Shown here in pieces: positions 38,276 through 51,385 of a stretch of 64,000 nt of DNA; position 1 is the stretch's first letter, and each line of letters begins with the position of its first letter. The position numbers and the translations under genes are program-made. The notes beneath the pieces were generated by a model that saw nothing but the letters and a program-made list of their open reading frames with translations, had not been told where the DNA came from and searched no databases. The stretch comes from Octopus bimaculoides (taxonomy: Eukaryota), in contig NC_068995.1 in NCBI RefSeq assembly GCF_001194135.2, forward strand, positions 16,551,063 through 16,615,062, given 5' to 3'.

Positions 38276-40906
38276 GAATGGCTATGATTTCCTTTCATCT
38301 TTTCAAGTTGATAATGAAATAAGTAATTAACTATATTAAGAAGCATTTGATTTAATTGCCTCTATTTTCCCCTTACAAAATATTGACCGCATACTTAAGT
38401 AACCATCATTTTTACAATTAAGAAAAAAAAAAAAAGCAATTTTAATGATGAGAGATTTGCTGGCATTTTTTCGATAATGATTCTGATTCTGGTGGTCATG
38501 GTGATGGTCATGAAGGCAGCAGTCAGCAGATATTTTCTGATTAATTTTCTGAAAGAGGATTTTATCAATGTCCAGCGGCTATGCTTAAATGTGTCTGGCT
38601 TGGCAAAAATAAATAGATAAATCAAGAGAAAGCCATTGAACTCCTTCACAATGTCAAAACATCATTCTGGAGAAGATGGCAAGATGATCTGTCAAACAAA
38701 TAGTGGACACACCCTTTAATACATATGCACAAGCAGACATGCAGACATAGATGTATCCACACACACACATATAGACACAAACCCAGTCATAGATGCACAC
38801 AGACCTATATATGAACATATGTATGTGCATATACACACAGGCATGCATGTGCACACATTACACTAACTCCTAAACAGCTGCAACCAGACAATCAGTTTAT
38901 AAGACCTGGCTTAGTGACAGTAAATAGGATTTTTTTAAAACTCTTCTGCTACTTATCAAATGCAATAATAATAATAAGAAGAAGAAAAAGAATTGAAGTA
39001 ATATAAATAAGCAATGTAGACCTTTCTTTAAAGAGAAAAATAACAATGAATATAAGCTTAAGAAATGTTGGTCTGGTGTGTAGGAATAATAGATAATGAT
39101 TAGTATTTTAGGGAGGGGGAGGGGGAGGAGAAGGGAACCAAGTTGGACAGTGTTTAGATAAGGTCTTATTATCTTTAGCTATTCACCAATTGACTCGGTT
39201 TTTATTCCCTCCATCATGACTGCCAGCCCATGGGTTGTGTAGTGGCAATGGTGGTGGTGAGGATTATTGTTGCTTTTCTTCAATCCATCAGTCAGCCCTG
39301 ATTGGGCAGATCTAGTAATTTTTTCCTTCCTATTTGAGGTTTTAGTGTACATTGTCCAAAGTAACCATTCTTGTGGGTCGGCAATGAGCCAGAATGGTTG
39401 TGTGTAGTTTGAAGAATGGATGACTGTACCAGCTTTCTTGTTGGCTTTCTCAATGTGCCCCTATTGGATCACTACAGATTCCTCCATTGTTTGATAAAGG
39501 ATTGTGAATTAGAGCTGACATGGGCAAGTGGTTACAGTATCAGAGTTCTTGCTTAAGGGCCGTAAGTTCAAATTCAGATGTTTTACTGTGATTCTGACCC
39601 AAATATTTTACTCCTACATCTCATTTCAGTATACCTGCCTGCTTGAATTTGGTTCCAAATAATAAAAGCAGTTTACTTGTAATAGAAAAATTTCTCAATC
39701 TCCCATCCAGCCCCAACTTCAAAACAAATGTTATAACAGCAATGGTTCTAGTACTTATCCAACTTTGAGCAGAGTCTGCTCATTTTATTTTTGTTGTCTA
39801 GATATCAGTACAATCAAGGCATCGGTTAGTCTTACTTTGAAGGCCTCTCACCCTTAATTGCATTCTCCTGGGCCTGTTTTTCCTCCACAAGAAGGTAAGT
39901 TGTGTGTGAAGCTATTTCAATTCAGAATAAGCTGTACTGGAACAGAGACTTCAAGGCAACTTGAAAAATGTTCTAAAGTTTACACCAAATCCTCTGACCA
40001 GGAAGATATGAATGAATCACTCCTTAGAAGGATGAAAGACAAAATTCAACTCAAAACACAGCCAAAATAAATATCAGAAAGCATTCTATGTGATATCCTA
40101 ATGACTCTGTTAATTAGCAATCTTGAAACAAGAGTTCAATAGTAGCCTATCGAAACTCTTTGTTCCTATGAGATATTTAATGACTGATACTGGTGTGGCT
40201 GTGTGGTTAAGAAGCTTCCTTCCCAAGCACATGGTCCTGGGTTCTGTCCCACTGTGAGCACATTTAGCAGGTGTCTTCTTGCACAGCCCTAGGTAGACCA
40301 AAGCCTTCTGAGCAGATTTGGTTGATGGAAGCTGGGTGAAATGCTTAGCGATATTCCATCTGCCGCTACATTCTGAGTTCAAATTCCACAGAGGTCAACT
40401 TTGCCTTTCATCCTTTCGGAGTCAATAAATTAAGTACCAGTTACGCACTGGGGTCGATATAATCGACTTAATCCATTTGTCTGTCCCCTATGTGTGTAGC
40501 CCCTTGTGGGCAGGAAAGAAATAAGAAACTCTTCGTATGTTTGTGTGTAGCTCAGTTTTGACTGTGTGATGTTGTTCATTTCCAGTCTTTTATGGAAATC
40601 ATGCCCGGCCATAAGAACTATTTCCTTGTTTGGAAACAGGTGACAGGAACAGCGTCCAGCCATAGAAGACATACCTCAGCAATTCTGTCTGGTCCATTTG
40701 AGCAAGGAAAAGCGAACATTAAATCATGATGTTGATGACTGAAATACACATGCCCATAGTGAGAGGCATTACGAATCTTGTTGGATTGGCAGAATAAGTG
40801 GGGTGGTATTTCGTTGCATCCATTTAGAAGCAGAATGTTCAAGAAAATAAAAAACAAACAATTTTTGTGTGTGTGAAAGTAGTCAAATCTTGATGTGTGT
40901 GTGTGT

Positions 40907-41326
40907 ATCATCATCGTTTAACGTCTGCTTTCCATGCTAGCATGGGTTGGACGATTTGACTGAGGACTGGTGAAACCGGATGGCAACACCAGGCTCCAGT
41001 CTAATTTGGCACAGTTTCTACACCTGGATACCCTTCCTAACGCCAACCACTTAGAGAGTGTAGTGGGTGCTTTTACGTGTCACCCGCACGAAAACTGCCA
41101 CGCTCGAAANNNNNNNNNNACGAAGGTCTTGCCTCACCACCTCAGCCCAGGTCTTCCTGGGCCTACGTCTTCCACGGGTTCCCTCAACTGTTAGGGTGTG
41201 GCACTTTTTCACGCAGCTATCCTCCTCCATTCTCACCACATGTCCATACCAGCGCAATCGTCTCTCTTGCACACCACAACTGATGCTTCTAATGTTCAGC
41301 TTTTCTCTCAAGATACTTACACTCTG
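40907..41326 (-). mobile_element. 5'-truncated RTE LINE
   Basis: ORF 41051-41311 reads ...RRLRWYGHVVRMEEDSCVKKC...VEGTRGRRRPRKTW..., an RTE C-terminal motif, joined to the (GAT)n tail seen elsewhere. Confidence 0.85.
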
Positions 41327-41409
41327 TATATATATATATAAACATAAACATATCTAATCAATCAACAAAGGTAAAAAAAAAATATATGGATGCATAAACA
41401 TGATGTACT

Positions 41410-42990
41410 TGAAATATAGTATCACCAACATCTATACAATTACTTTATTTGATACTTTGTTCTATAAATAAGGAGGCCAAACTTATTACCTTGAGGATTA
41501 ACATAGACGATAGAGTGAATACTCTTGAACTAAAGAGACCTTATTTAACTGTCAAGGATCATAAATCACTTTTTATTAATCCCTGTCACAAACGATGAAA
41601 ACAGAATTAAGAAAGATTAGCAAAGTGATATTAGATAAAATAATGACACACAAAAGCCCAGACTGACACATTGGATAATAATGAGTCTGTTATGAGTTGG
41701 TTTAAATCTATCATTGTTATACAAGAATACACTCTCACACAATCTAATATAATTGATTATTACTCATTAATCACAAAACATATATTATTAAAAGCCATTG
41801 ATTTCTCGAAACATTCGACTACCACCAGGAATAATGATATTCCATTTTATATTTTTGTTGATCACATATGCAAGGAGAAAGAGTAGCACAGGTTTTATCA
41901 GTGTAAATATAAGTGCTGGATATTCGGCAACATTTTCATTTGTAATTGAAATTAATATTTTAGACCCGATTGAAATTGTCCATATTATCAATGGAGAACT
42001 TTGCAGAGAGGATGTTCTCTTAATATCTAGGATTACAAACGGACAGCTGGCAGAAGGATTGAGAAGGATATAATAAAATTATTCATTAATTTAAACCTAA
42101 AAGTCCCAGTAGGTTTGGATGTAACTTACAATCTGAATAAGGAAATTTTCTAACCATACAGGAAATATACGGATTTGTAATTATATAGAAGGGACAATTC
42201 GAATCATCTATCATATATTCTTAGAAACCAACTTTACAATTTTAGCAAGTGAATTTTGGCAAATTCGTGAGATGAAACAGCTTTCAAAAATGGTTAAAGT
42301 GTGTAGAAGTGCATCGACATCTGATGCATTTTAGGGAATCATTAGACATGGTTGATACTCATAAATATGAAGAAACTGACTCAAGAAGCTACAATAATGT
42401 GGTGATATACTACAACGTTTTAGATTAATCTGAGTACAAAAATAGAAAAATAACTTATCAGTAAGAAGGCATTCACCACCAGAACATACGTAAAGAAGAA
42501 ATACTAATCAAAATTTATTTGCTATTTGACTTCAACGAATTTACTAATACTGCAACTCTTATGAATGATCGTTTATGAAGAAAATATAATTGACTTTATA
42601 TATGTATCCAGTTAATAAAAATTGCCTTGAGGGATCTGTGATACGTGCAGCCACAGCAAAATCTAGCACTAACCCAAATGATTACGCAGACATGATCACA
42701 AACTAATTTTTAGGATTTATACTGGACATAGCTGTAAGTTTGGTGCATTACAAAGAGAGGTGAACATGCAGTTGTCATCGCACATATATGATCCTTGATA
42801 AATGGCAATATGTCCCGAATCATAAAATGACAACTTTTAGACAAAGTGCTTGCATATATACGATTTTTGTTGTAGTTGTAACACGAAAAGGTCATTCATT
42901 TTGAAGTTCTAAACTAAAATAATAAAAAGTCGTTCAGAATTTATATCATCATACCCCCATATGAGAAACTTTAATGGTATACACCATCGT
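41410..42990 (+). mobile_element. Penelope-like retroelement relic (RT region)
   Basis: Frameshifted fragments INKEAKLI...IDDRV...YLTVKDHK, KTELRKISKVILDKI, SVMSWFKSI...LLKAIDFSK, CREDVL...GQLAEGLRR and LDVTYNL...PYRK match PLE RT motifs. Confidence 0.8.
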
Positions 42991-45302
42991 AATAATCTGA
43001 GACATCCTTTCAAATAGAATTTACTTGGTATTTTCCTTTCTTTTCATATACATACATATATATATTCGTATGTACGTTACATATATACAGACATACATGC
43101 ATTGGAGAAAGGGAAAAGAAAATGCAATCGGATGAGAACATAAGTTCATTTTTTACTATATCACAGCATCATAAACGGATGCTGTCAAAAATGCGTTATT
43201 TATGCAAATCAGTATAACCGATTAAATAAGCCTTTAATAATAGTCATTATAAAAACAATGTTAAAAGGAAAATAATCAGCTGCTGATGAAATCTTAATAA
43301 TGATCGAAACTTTTCCAGCTGATTTCTCTTAATATTCACTATGAGATTGCGATAAACGATATTATATGATCAATATAAACAAAACGACAGCCTTTTACTA
43401 CAGTGCAATGTATTGAATTAATTTACACACGCAGTACCAGCATAAGTTTATCGATTCATTCTATCTTTCTTTCTCTCTCTCTGTCTGTCTATATAATTCT
43501 GTGTGTCACCGTGACACAAAATAAATTACTTCAAATCAAGATAAAATAAAATATGGACATCTATCCATTCTGTACAAACCACAGACAGGAAATGTTATTA
43601 CAGCCACAAGTCAATGTGGCTAATAATATTATTAAAAGGGCTTAATGAGTAATTAGCTTGATGTTCATGCAATTTAATAATTGTCTCATTGTAATAAGAA
43701 ACACATTCTTCATGAAAAATCAACACATATGTATGTATCTTATGTGGGTTAACATACATTATTATATCATATCTTGATGTTGTATAAAATGGGCTCCCCA
43801 TTGACAGGCCGTTGATATTAATAAAGTGTCAAACTCTAATGTTATGCAAGCTAGTAGCTCCAGTTCTCTGTCGCAACTAGATTTGGTGTGTAAATAAACA
43901 GAATGGTTACTTTTTTCTCTGGCATTGGTCAAATAATAGATAACTTTGATGAGAGCCCAATGAGATTTGAAAATCGATTGAGGCTGTACTTTTTCTTTCA
44001 GTCTTCAGAAAGATAGGTTAAAATTGATATATTTATAAGTCTACTACGTGGGTATATATGTAATCATTACACAAACAATTTAAACAGCGCTGGATTTACC
44101 ATTAACCAAAATAATCATGTGCTTTGGGCATCAAAGGAAGGGGAACATCGCAGAAATGGTAAATGGTTTACAGCACAAAAGAAGTCATGTTTAAACTTGC
44201 TAAAATAATACTCGAAGTGGGTTATATGATCTGAAATATAATTTTGAAGTGTTCACGGTGTCATAGAGAGAATCTGAGCAAAGACTTTGCAATTAAAAAA
44301 AAAAAAAAGGAGAAAAGTTTTACAATATAAATAAAATGGAAGTATACAAAAATAAACGTTATTTTCATCTTAACGTTAGTTTAGTTGCATTTTGAAAAAT
44401 AGAAATTTACTTTATGGTTTGTTATTGTTTATATTTTGAATTACATATATATGAAGGAAGGGGGTTACCAAAATCTTTTAAGTGCTTAGAACCTCTATGG
44501 CTTTTAATCCTGAATACAGAAGACGCACTATATTAACTAACTGAAGCATTTAGCTAAATATCTGCCGAACGGGGGACGGTTAAATATGAAGTGGAATTTG
44601 ATGACTGTTGTTGCTGATAATTTCTGCGATGTAATATCTATAACGTCAAGACGTGGTGAAGCGAAAATGTTGTGTGGTTAGTTAGTGTTTAGCTGTGTCT
44701 GCTTGTAAAATTCAATATGTTCTGTATCGTTAATTCGGTGTCTGGCTGTTTTTCTTTGAGCCAATGCTGTTAGCTATAAATGAGAAATCTGTATGATATA
44801 GCCTAGAATATGGTAATTACGTTATACTGCTGTTTGTGGTCGACACCGTCTTGTTGACCGCTGGCTCTGAATATCACTGCCATTGTTCTGTTGCTGTTTT
44901 CTGTTCTCACTAATCTATTCCTAGATTTTTCAGCCGATTATATAATATTGTTTATCAGAAGAATGCCATATGTTTTCCTTTGTTGGTTTTGTGGCTTCTG
45001 AATTACAGAGAACATGACGTCAATTGCACATACATTTTTGAGACATGCTGATTGCATTTTTCTTGATAAACAAAGATGACAACTGGTGAGTCTTCGAGTG
45101 GTCACAATCACTTTCTTAACTATGATAACTTATCCTGGATTGGCTTGGTTTAGATAATGATTATTATTGTAAAATAACAAAACAGGGTCTTAGTCAAATT
45201 ATGTTTCGTTCTGATATCGTAATGCTGCGCGATATTTGGAGACGATGCTGCTGTCAAAACAAGGGTAACTATCTCTAGAAGTATGCGCCAGTAAATTCAT
45301 TT

Positions 45303-46150
45303 ATTCTTTACATGTTTCAGTCACTTGACTGTGGCCATGCTGGAACACCACCTTTAGTTGAACAAATCGACCCCAGCACTTATTTTTTGTAAGCCTGGTA
45401 CTTATTCTATCGGCCTCTTTGGCCGAACTGTTTAAGTTGCTTGGACGCAAACACAGCAACATCGGTTGCTAAGCGATGGTAGAGGGACAAACACAGACAC
45501 ACACAAATATACATACACACACACACACATATATATNNNNNNNNNNTATATATATATATATATATATATATAACGGGCTTCTTTCAATTTATCTACCAAA
45601 TCCAGTCACAAAGCTTTAGTCAGCCCGAGGCTATAGTAGAAGACACTTGCCTGAGGTGCCACACAGTGGGACTGAACCGGGAACCATATGATTGGGAAGC
45701 AAGCTTCTTTTCTTGATATATTCTTACTTCTCTCTCTCTACACACACACATATCTGTATGCATTTATATATGCGGTGCATATATATTCTTTTAGTCTCTT
45801 ACTTGTTTCAGTCATTTGACGCCAGGACTTATTCTTATGCTATCGGTTTCTTGTGCCAAAGCACTAAGTTACGCGGACGTAAACACACCAACATCGGTTG
45901 TCTAGTGATAGTGGGGGCAAACACAGACACACAAAGACATACATACATGCATACATCTATCTATCTATCTATCTATATATATATATATATATACACGACA
46001 GGCTTCTTTCAATTTCTGTCTACCAAACCCACTCAAAAGGCTTTGGTCGGCCCGAGGCTATCGTAGAATACACTTACCCAAGGTTTCACGTAGTGGGACT
46101 GAACCCGGAATCATGTGGTTGGGAAGCAAGCTTTTTACCACACAACCACT
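45303..46150 (-). mobile_element. Two adjacent SINE family A copies
   Basis: About 45303-45710 and 45790-46150; both reverse-complement homologues of 29771-30177. Confidence 0.85.
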
Positions 46151-47573
46151 CATATATATAATAAAACAAGAAACTGGAAAAAATTTTGGTATTATCTATT
46201 CATCATTACATGTTTCATTTGCTAATAGGAATCACAATGTTGTACATGTTGGCTAAACATGTAAAAAATTGATCAGACAGAATTAAATGATACAAAATTT
46301 ACATTTGGATGAAGGTTTTATATAGAGTTGGTAATCAAGTGTAGTAATGAGTTTGGGAGAAAGAATAAAAAGCAAATGAAGAAGAAAAGAGAAGAGAGAG
46401 TTAGATACACACATACATCCATATGGACATACACATACACACACATGTCCACGCACACAACATATGTGTGTGTGCTTGAGTATGTGTGCGTACACACACA
46501 TAAACAGACATACCATACCTATAGCCACACACACACACACACACACACATATGCTAGCTACTTGATAAAATCCTATATAGATTTTATCCTTGATTATAAT
46601 TGATATATATANNNNNNNNNNNNNNNNNNNNNNNNNNNNNNNNNNNNNNNNNNNNNNNNNNNNNNNNNNNNNNNNNNNNNNNNNNNNNNNNNNNNNNNNN
46701 NNNNNNNNNNNNNNNNNNNNNNNNNNNNNNNNNNNNNNNNNNNNNNNNNNNNNNNNNNNNNNNNNNNNNNNNNNNNNNNNNNNNNNNNNNNNNNNNNNNN
46801 NNNNNNNNNNNNNNNNNNNNNNNNNNNNNNNNNNNNNNNNNNNNNNNNNNNNNNNNNNNNNNNNNNNNNNNNNNNNNNNNNNNNNNNNNNNNNNNNNNNN
46901 NNNNNNNNNNNNNNNNNNNNNNNNNNNNNNNNNNNNNNNNNNNNNNNNNNNNNNNNNNNNNNNNNNNNNNNNNNNNNNNNNNNNNNNNNNNNNNNNNNNN
47001 NNNNNNNNNNNNNNNNNNNNNNNNNNNNNNNNNNNNNNNNNNNNNNNNNNNNNNNNNNNNNNNNNNNNNNNNNNNNNNNNNNNNNNNNNNNNNNNNNNNN
47101 NNNNNNNNNNNNNNNNNNNNNNNNNNNNNNNNNNNNNNNNNNNNNNNNNNNNNNNNNNNNNNNNNNNNNNNNNNNNNNNNNNNNNNNNNNNNNNNNNNNN
47201 NNNNNNNNNNNNNNNNNNNNNNNNNNNNNNNNNNNNNNNNNNNNNNNNNNNNNNNNNNNNNNNNNNNNNNNNNNNNNNNNNNNNNNNNNNNNNNNNNNNN
47301 NNNNNNNNNNNNNNNNNNNNNNNNNNNNNNNNNNNNNNNNNNNNNNNNNNNNNNNNNNNNNNNNNNNNNNNNNNNNNNNNNNNNNNNNNNNNNNNNNNNN
47401 NNNNNNNNNNNNNNNNNNNNNNNNNNNNNNNNNNNNNNNNNNNNNNNNNNNNNNNNNNNNNNNNNNNNNNNNNNNNNNNNNNNNNNNNNNNNNNNNNNNN
47501 NNNNNNNNNNNNNNNNNNNNNNNNNNNNNNNNNNNNNNNNNNNNNNNNNNNNNNNNNNNNNNNNNNNNNNNNN

Positions 47574-47808
47574 CATAAAAGACACCATTTCGAGCGTGGC
47601 CGTTTTCGTGCGGGTGACACGTAAAAGCACCCACTACACTCTCTGAGTGGTTGGCGTTAGGAAGGGCATCCAGCTGTAGAAACTCTGCCAAATCAGACTG
47701 GAGCCTGGTGTTGCCATCCGGTTTCACCAGTCCTCAGTCAAATCGTCCAACCCATGCTAGCATGGAAAGCGGACGTTAAACGATGATGATGATGATGATG
47801 ATGATGAT
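47574..47808 (+). mobile_element. RTE tail copy, young
   Basis: Near identical to the tail of 40907-41110; ends in (GAT)n. Confidence 0.85.
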
Positions 47809-48381
47809 ATATATATATATATGTGTGTATATATATTATATTGTATATAATGTACACAAACACATACACACAGACAAGCAAGCACACATACACACAGACA
47901 AGCAAGCACACAAATACAGGAACAAGCTTTGAGTGCTTGCATATGAGGAAATTACCTTTCCTCAATATAAATGAGCAATAAACAATTGAACAACAGAGTG
48001 TTTTGAATTAACTGGCTATAAGTGAATATCTAATCGAAACTTGAATTGAAGATAGTTCACGTCTAAATTAACAAACAACTCCACATCATACTATGCAGAA
48101 TAGATCAAGGAAAAACATTAAACAGTTAAATCAAAGAATATTGGAGAACACTGAAGAAATAGCACAGGTACTATAGTAGGTTTACAATTCCAACGGTTAC
48201 TCATCGATGTAATAGAAACATGTGTAGGTCTATTTGAAGTTGTATATATAAAAGAAAAGGAATTAAAGGTAATGCTATGCTACTTCGTAATAATCCTTAT
48301 TATTATATATATATACCAGAGTGAGCACATAAATGCGAAACAAAGTAGAAATAATAGTACTCGAATATTAGAGGTATTGTA

Positions 48382-48500
48382 ATATGCTTTATGAAGAAGC
48401 AGCACAAATATCACAAAAACTGTTACTCAGTTTCACGAACGGGAACGTGAAATTCTGAGTAACAGTTTTTGTGATACTTTTACTGTTTTTTAATAAAGTA
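48382..48500. repeat. Fold-back hairpin containing the 3' half of a hammerhead
   Basis: Perfect 22 bp inverted repeat 48409-48430 / 48455-48476 (tatcacaaaaactgttactcag); the centre reads ACGA-ACG(ggaa)CGT-GAAA-ttctgagt-A. Confidence 0.8.
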
Positions 48501-48552
48501 TACATGCACATACATACATGTATGTATGTATGTATGTATTAGTTGAAATTTA

Positions 48553-48698
48553 AAGAAAAACTAAAAATCGAAGACGGGTGTATAAACAACAAGTAGGTGT
48601 ATTAGTTTGACGCTCGGCAAGGTGAGAAAGTCTTTTACATTTCGAACCTACGCTCTTCAACAGAAAGGAACACGAGGAAATAAACAGAGAGAATAAAA
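48553..48698 (-). mobile_element. Short repeat carrying a CUGUUGA hammerhead variant
   Basis: Reverse complement reads ctttCTGTTGAaGAGCgtagGTTCGAAAtGTAaaag; homologous to 59500-59650. Confidence 0.65.
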
Positions 48699-48728
48699 GA
48701 ACTTGTCAGGGAAGGGGTCAATCACATA

Positions 48729-48901
48729 TAGGTATCCAGCGAATTTGTCTACAACTGTTCGTGTACAACAATTCATTCACAGCAATTTATCTACGGATAT
48801 AAATCATCTACAACCACACACACAACCACCACCACACACACATACAAGCGCACAAATATACATTGTTGTAGACGAATCGTAGACAAATTCACCTAGAATC
48901 G
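48729..48901. mobile_element. Small MITE-like element
   Basis: Imperfect terminal inverted repeats ggtatccagcgaatttgtctac / gtagacaaattcacctagaatc. Confidence 0.5.
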
Positions 48902-48903
48902 TT

Positions 48904-48962
<59 letters not shown>

Positions 48963-49043
48963 GTTTATGAATTTATATTGCAAGATTCCTGATGTGAAGT
49001 CTTGTGTTGAAACATTGTATTTGGGGATAGACATATTTTCTTC

Positions 49044-49212
49044 TTTTGCCAAATAGCCATACTATATATTCGGTCTTCACTCGTTTATTACTGTTCTTAT
49101 TAGTCTTCAGATGGGTGATGAAAGATTTCCGGACAATGGACACGAGCTAGAATAAGAACAGTAATGAACAAGTGAAGAACAAATATATAGTGCGTGTGTT
49201 TATTTGGCAAAA
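49044..49212. repeat. Fold-back inverted repeat
   Basis: 49062-49101 pairs with 49151-49190; ttttgccaaata / tatttggcaaaa extend the arms. Confidence 0.75.
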
Positions 49213-49344
49213 AAAATGACCGTCCCAAAAGACAACAATATGTGTATATACATATATATATATATATATATATACATACACATACATACATACATACATA
49301 CAATATGTATACACATTCACACACACACACACACACACATATAT

Positions 49345-49720
49345 ATAGGTGTAGGAGTGGCTGTGTGCTAAGTAGCTTGATTACCAACCATATGGTTACG
49401 GGTTCAGTCTCACTGTGTAGCCCCCTGGGAAAGTGTCTTCTACTATAGCCTCATCGACCAAAGCCTTGTGAGTGGATTTGGTAGAGGGAAACTGAAAGAA
49501 GCCCGTCGTATATCTATGTGTGTGTGTCTTTGTTTGTCCCTCCAGCATCGCTTAATAACCGATGCTGGCGTGATTACGTCCCCGTAACTTCGTGGTTCGC
49601 AGAAGTACCCCATAGAATAAGTACTAGGCTTACAAAGAATAAGTCCTAGAATAGAATTGCTCGACTAAAGTGGTGCTCCAGCATGACCGCAGCCTAATGA
49701 CTGAAAATAATAAAAGAATA
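49345..49720 (+). mobile_element. SINE family A, full-length
   Basis: Homologous to 29771-30177. Confidence 0.85.
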
Positions 49721-50847
49721 TATATATATATATATATATATATANNNNNNNNNNNNNNNNNNNNNNNNNNNNNNNNNNNNNNNNNNNNNNNNNNNNNNNN
49801 NNNNNNNNNNNNNNNNNNNNNNNNNNNNNNNNNNNNNNNNNNNNNNNNNNNNNNNNNNNNNNNNNNNNNNNNNNNNNNNNNNNNNNNNNNNNNNNNNNNN
49901 NNNNNNNNNNNNNNNNNNNNNNNNNNNNNTATATATTGAATGATGGAAACTTACGTTCAAAACATTAAGTTTCTGGTTAGCAACACTATGATCATTGCAC
50001 GACTTCAGCAATTCAAACCCGATGGGTGTGGCACCATCAATCACAACAGATGAAACAAAGTGTATTTCATATTTTTTAATCGATGATGCCACGCTACAAA
50101 TATTTTCTCGTCTTATCAATAGAAATGAAACCGAAACCGGGTGAATGCGAAACGAGCTTCTCAACCACAGAAGCATGCCATTACTTAATTATTTTATAGT
50201 TGTATTTATTAGCTTAACGGAAACGTAATATTCCATCAAAGATGCGGTGTAGAAAGTAATACTCTTTTGGTTGGCCACCTAATTATATAAAGGCATAAAA
50301 TAATAGATATCTGAAGAAATAATGGGCAGTTTTCCATCCACTCTGTTTTCTTCAATGATTTATAGTTTTGTAGTATATTGACCCAAATTCAATATCTTCC
50401 GTTTGCTCATTAATGCACGGATCAAGGACAAGGAAATACTTCAGAAATTCGATTATTTGCCAACGTAAGACAAAGCAAAGGTAGAATGAAACAGATTTTA
50501 GTGTTTGCAAATATGGCTGCATCTAATGAAGAAAGACATGATTGTATATCTTAGTTTAGTAAAAAGAAATTGAATTGGATTACATTCAACTTGCAACCAT
50601 TGTCCAGCGTTTCAACATAGAAAAATCACAACACTGAAAGGGGCTGCCATTCACCTTTCTTTCTCAGGTGTTATTTGTTTCTAAGTGTGTGGGTGTTTGA
50701 AACAATGATTGTGTATGTGTGTGAGTATGTATGTATATGTGTGTGCATGTGTATACATACACATACACATGTTTGTATGTATGAATGTATGTATGTATAC
50801 ACACATACATAGATTTATGAGCATATAATTATATATATATATATAAT

Positions 50848-50902
<55 letters not shown>

Positions 50903-51215
50903 TTATGCGTATATATGTATATATGGACGTATGTTTGTACGTTTATATATATAAGGAAAGCTAATTGTGATCATCATGATCATCACTTAGCGTCCACTTT
51001 CCGCACGTGTATACATATATATACACATGTACACATATGTATGCACATATGTGTATGTATGTTTATGTATGTATGTATGTATGAATATACATACATACAC
51101 ACACTCACGCGCATGTCCTTCTATATCATCCAAATTCCTTCTCTTGTTGTTGTAGTCATGTGTGTATATACATACACACATACACAAACATATGCATACC
51201 TTCGCATATATGCGC

Positions 51216-51250
<35 letters not shown>

Positions 51251-51338
51251 TATACTCATGTGAGTGGGTATATATGTGCATACATACATACATACTTGCA
51301 TGCATACATACATACATACATATGTATATATACAAATA

Positions 51339-51385
<47 letters not shown>

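Noticed and set aside
39802-39894. Exon-like segment (ttgtctAG ... aagGTaagt)
   Set aside because: All three frames contain stops and there is no COG1 similarity; cannot be supported without transcripts.
45015-45095. TGACGTCA (CRE) followed by ATGACAACTG-gtgagt as a first exon
   Set aside because: Short motifs expected by chance; no downstream exons found.
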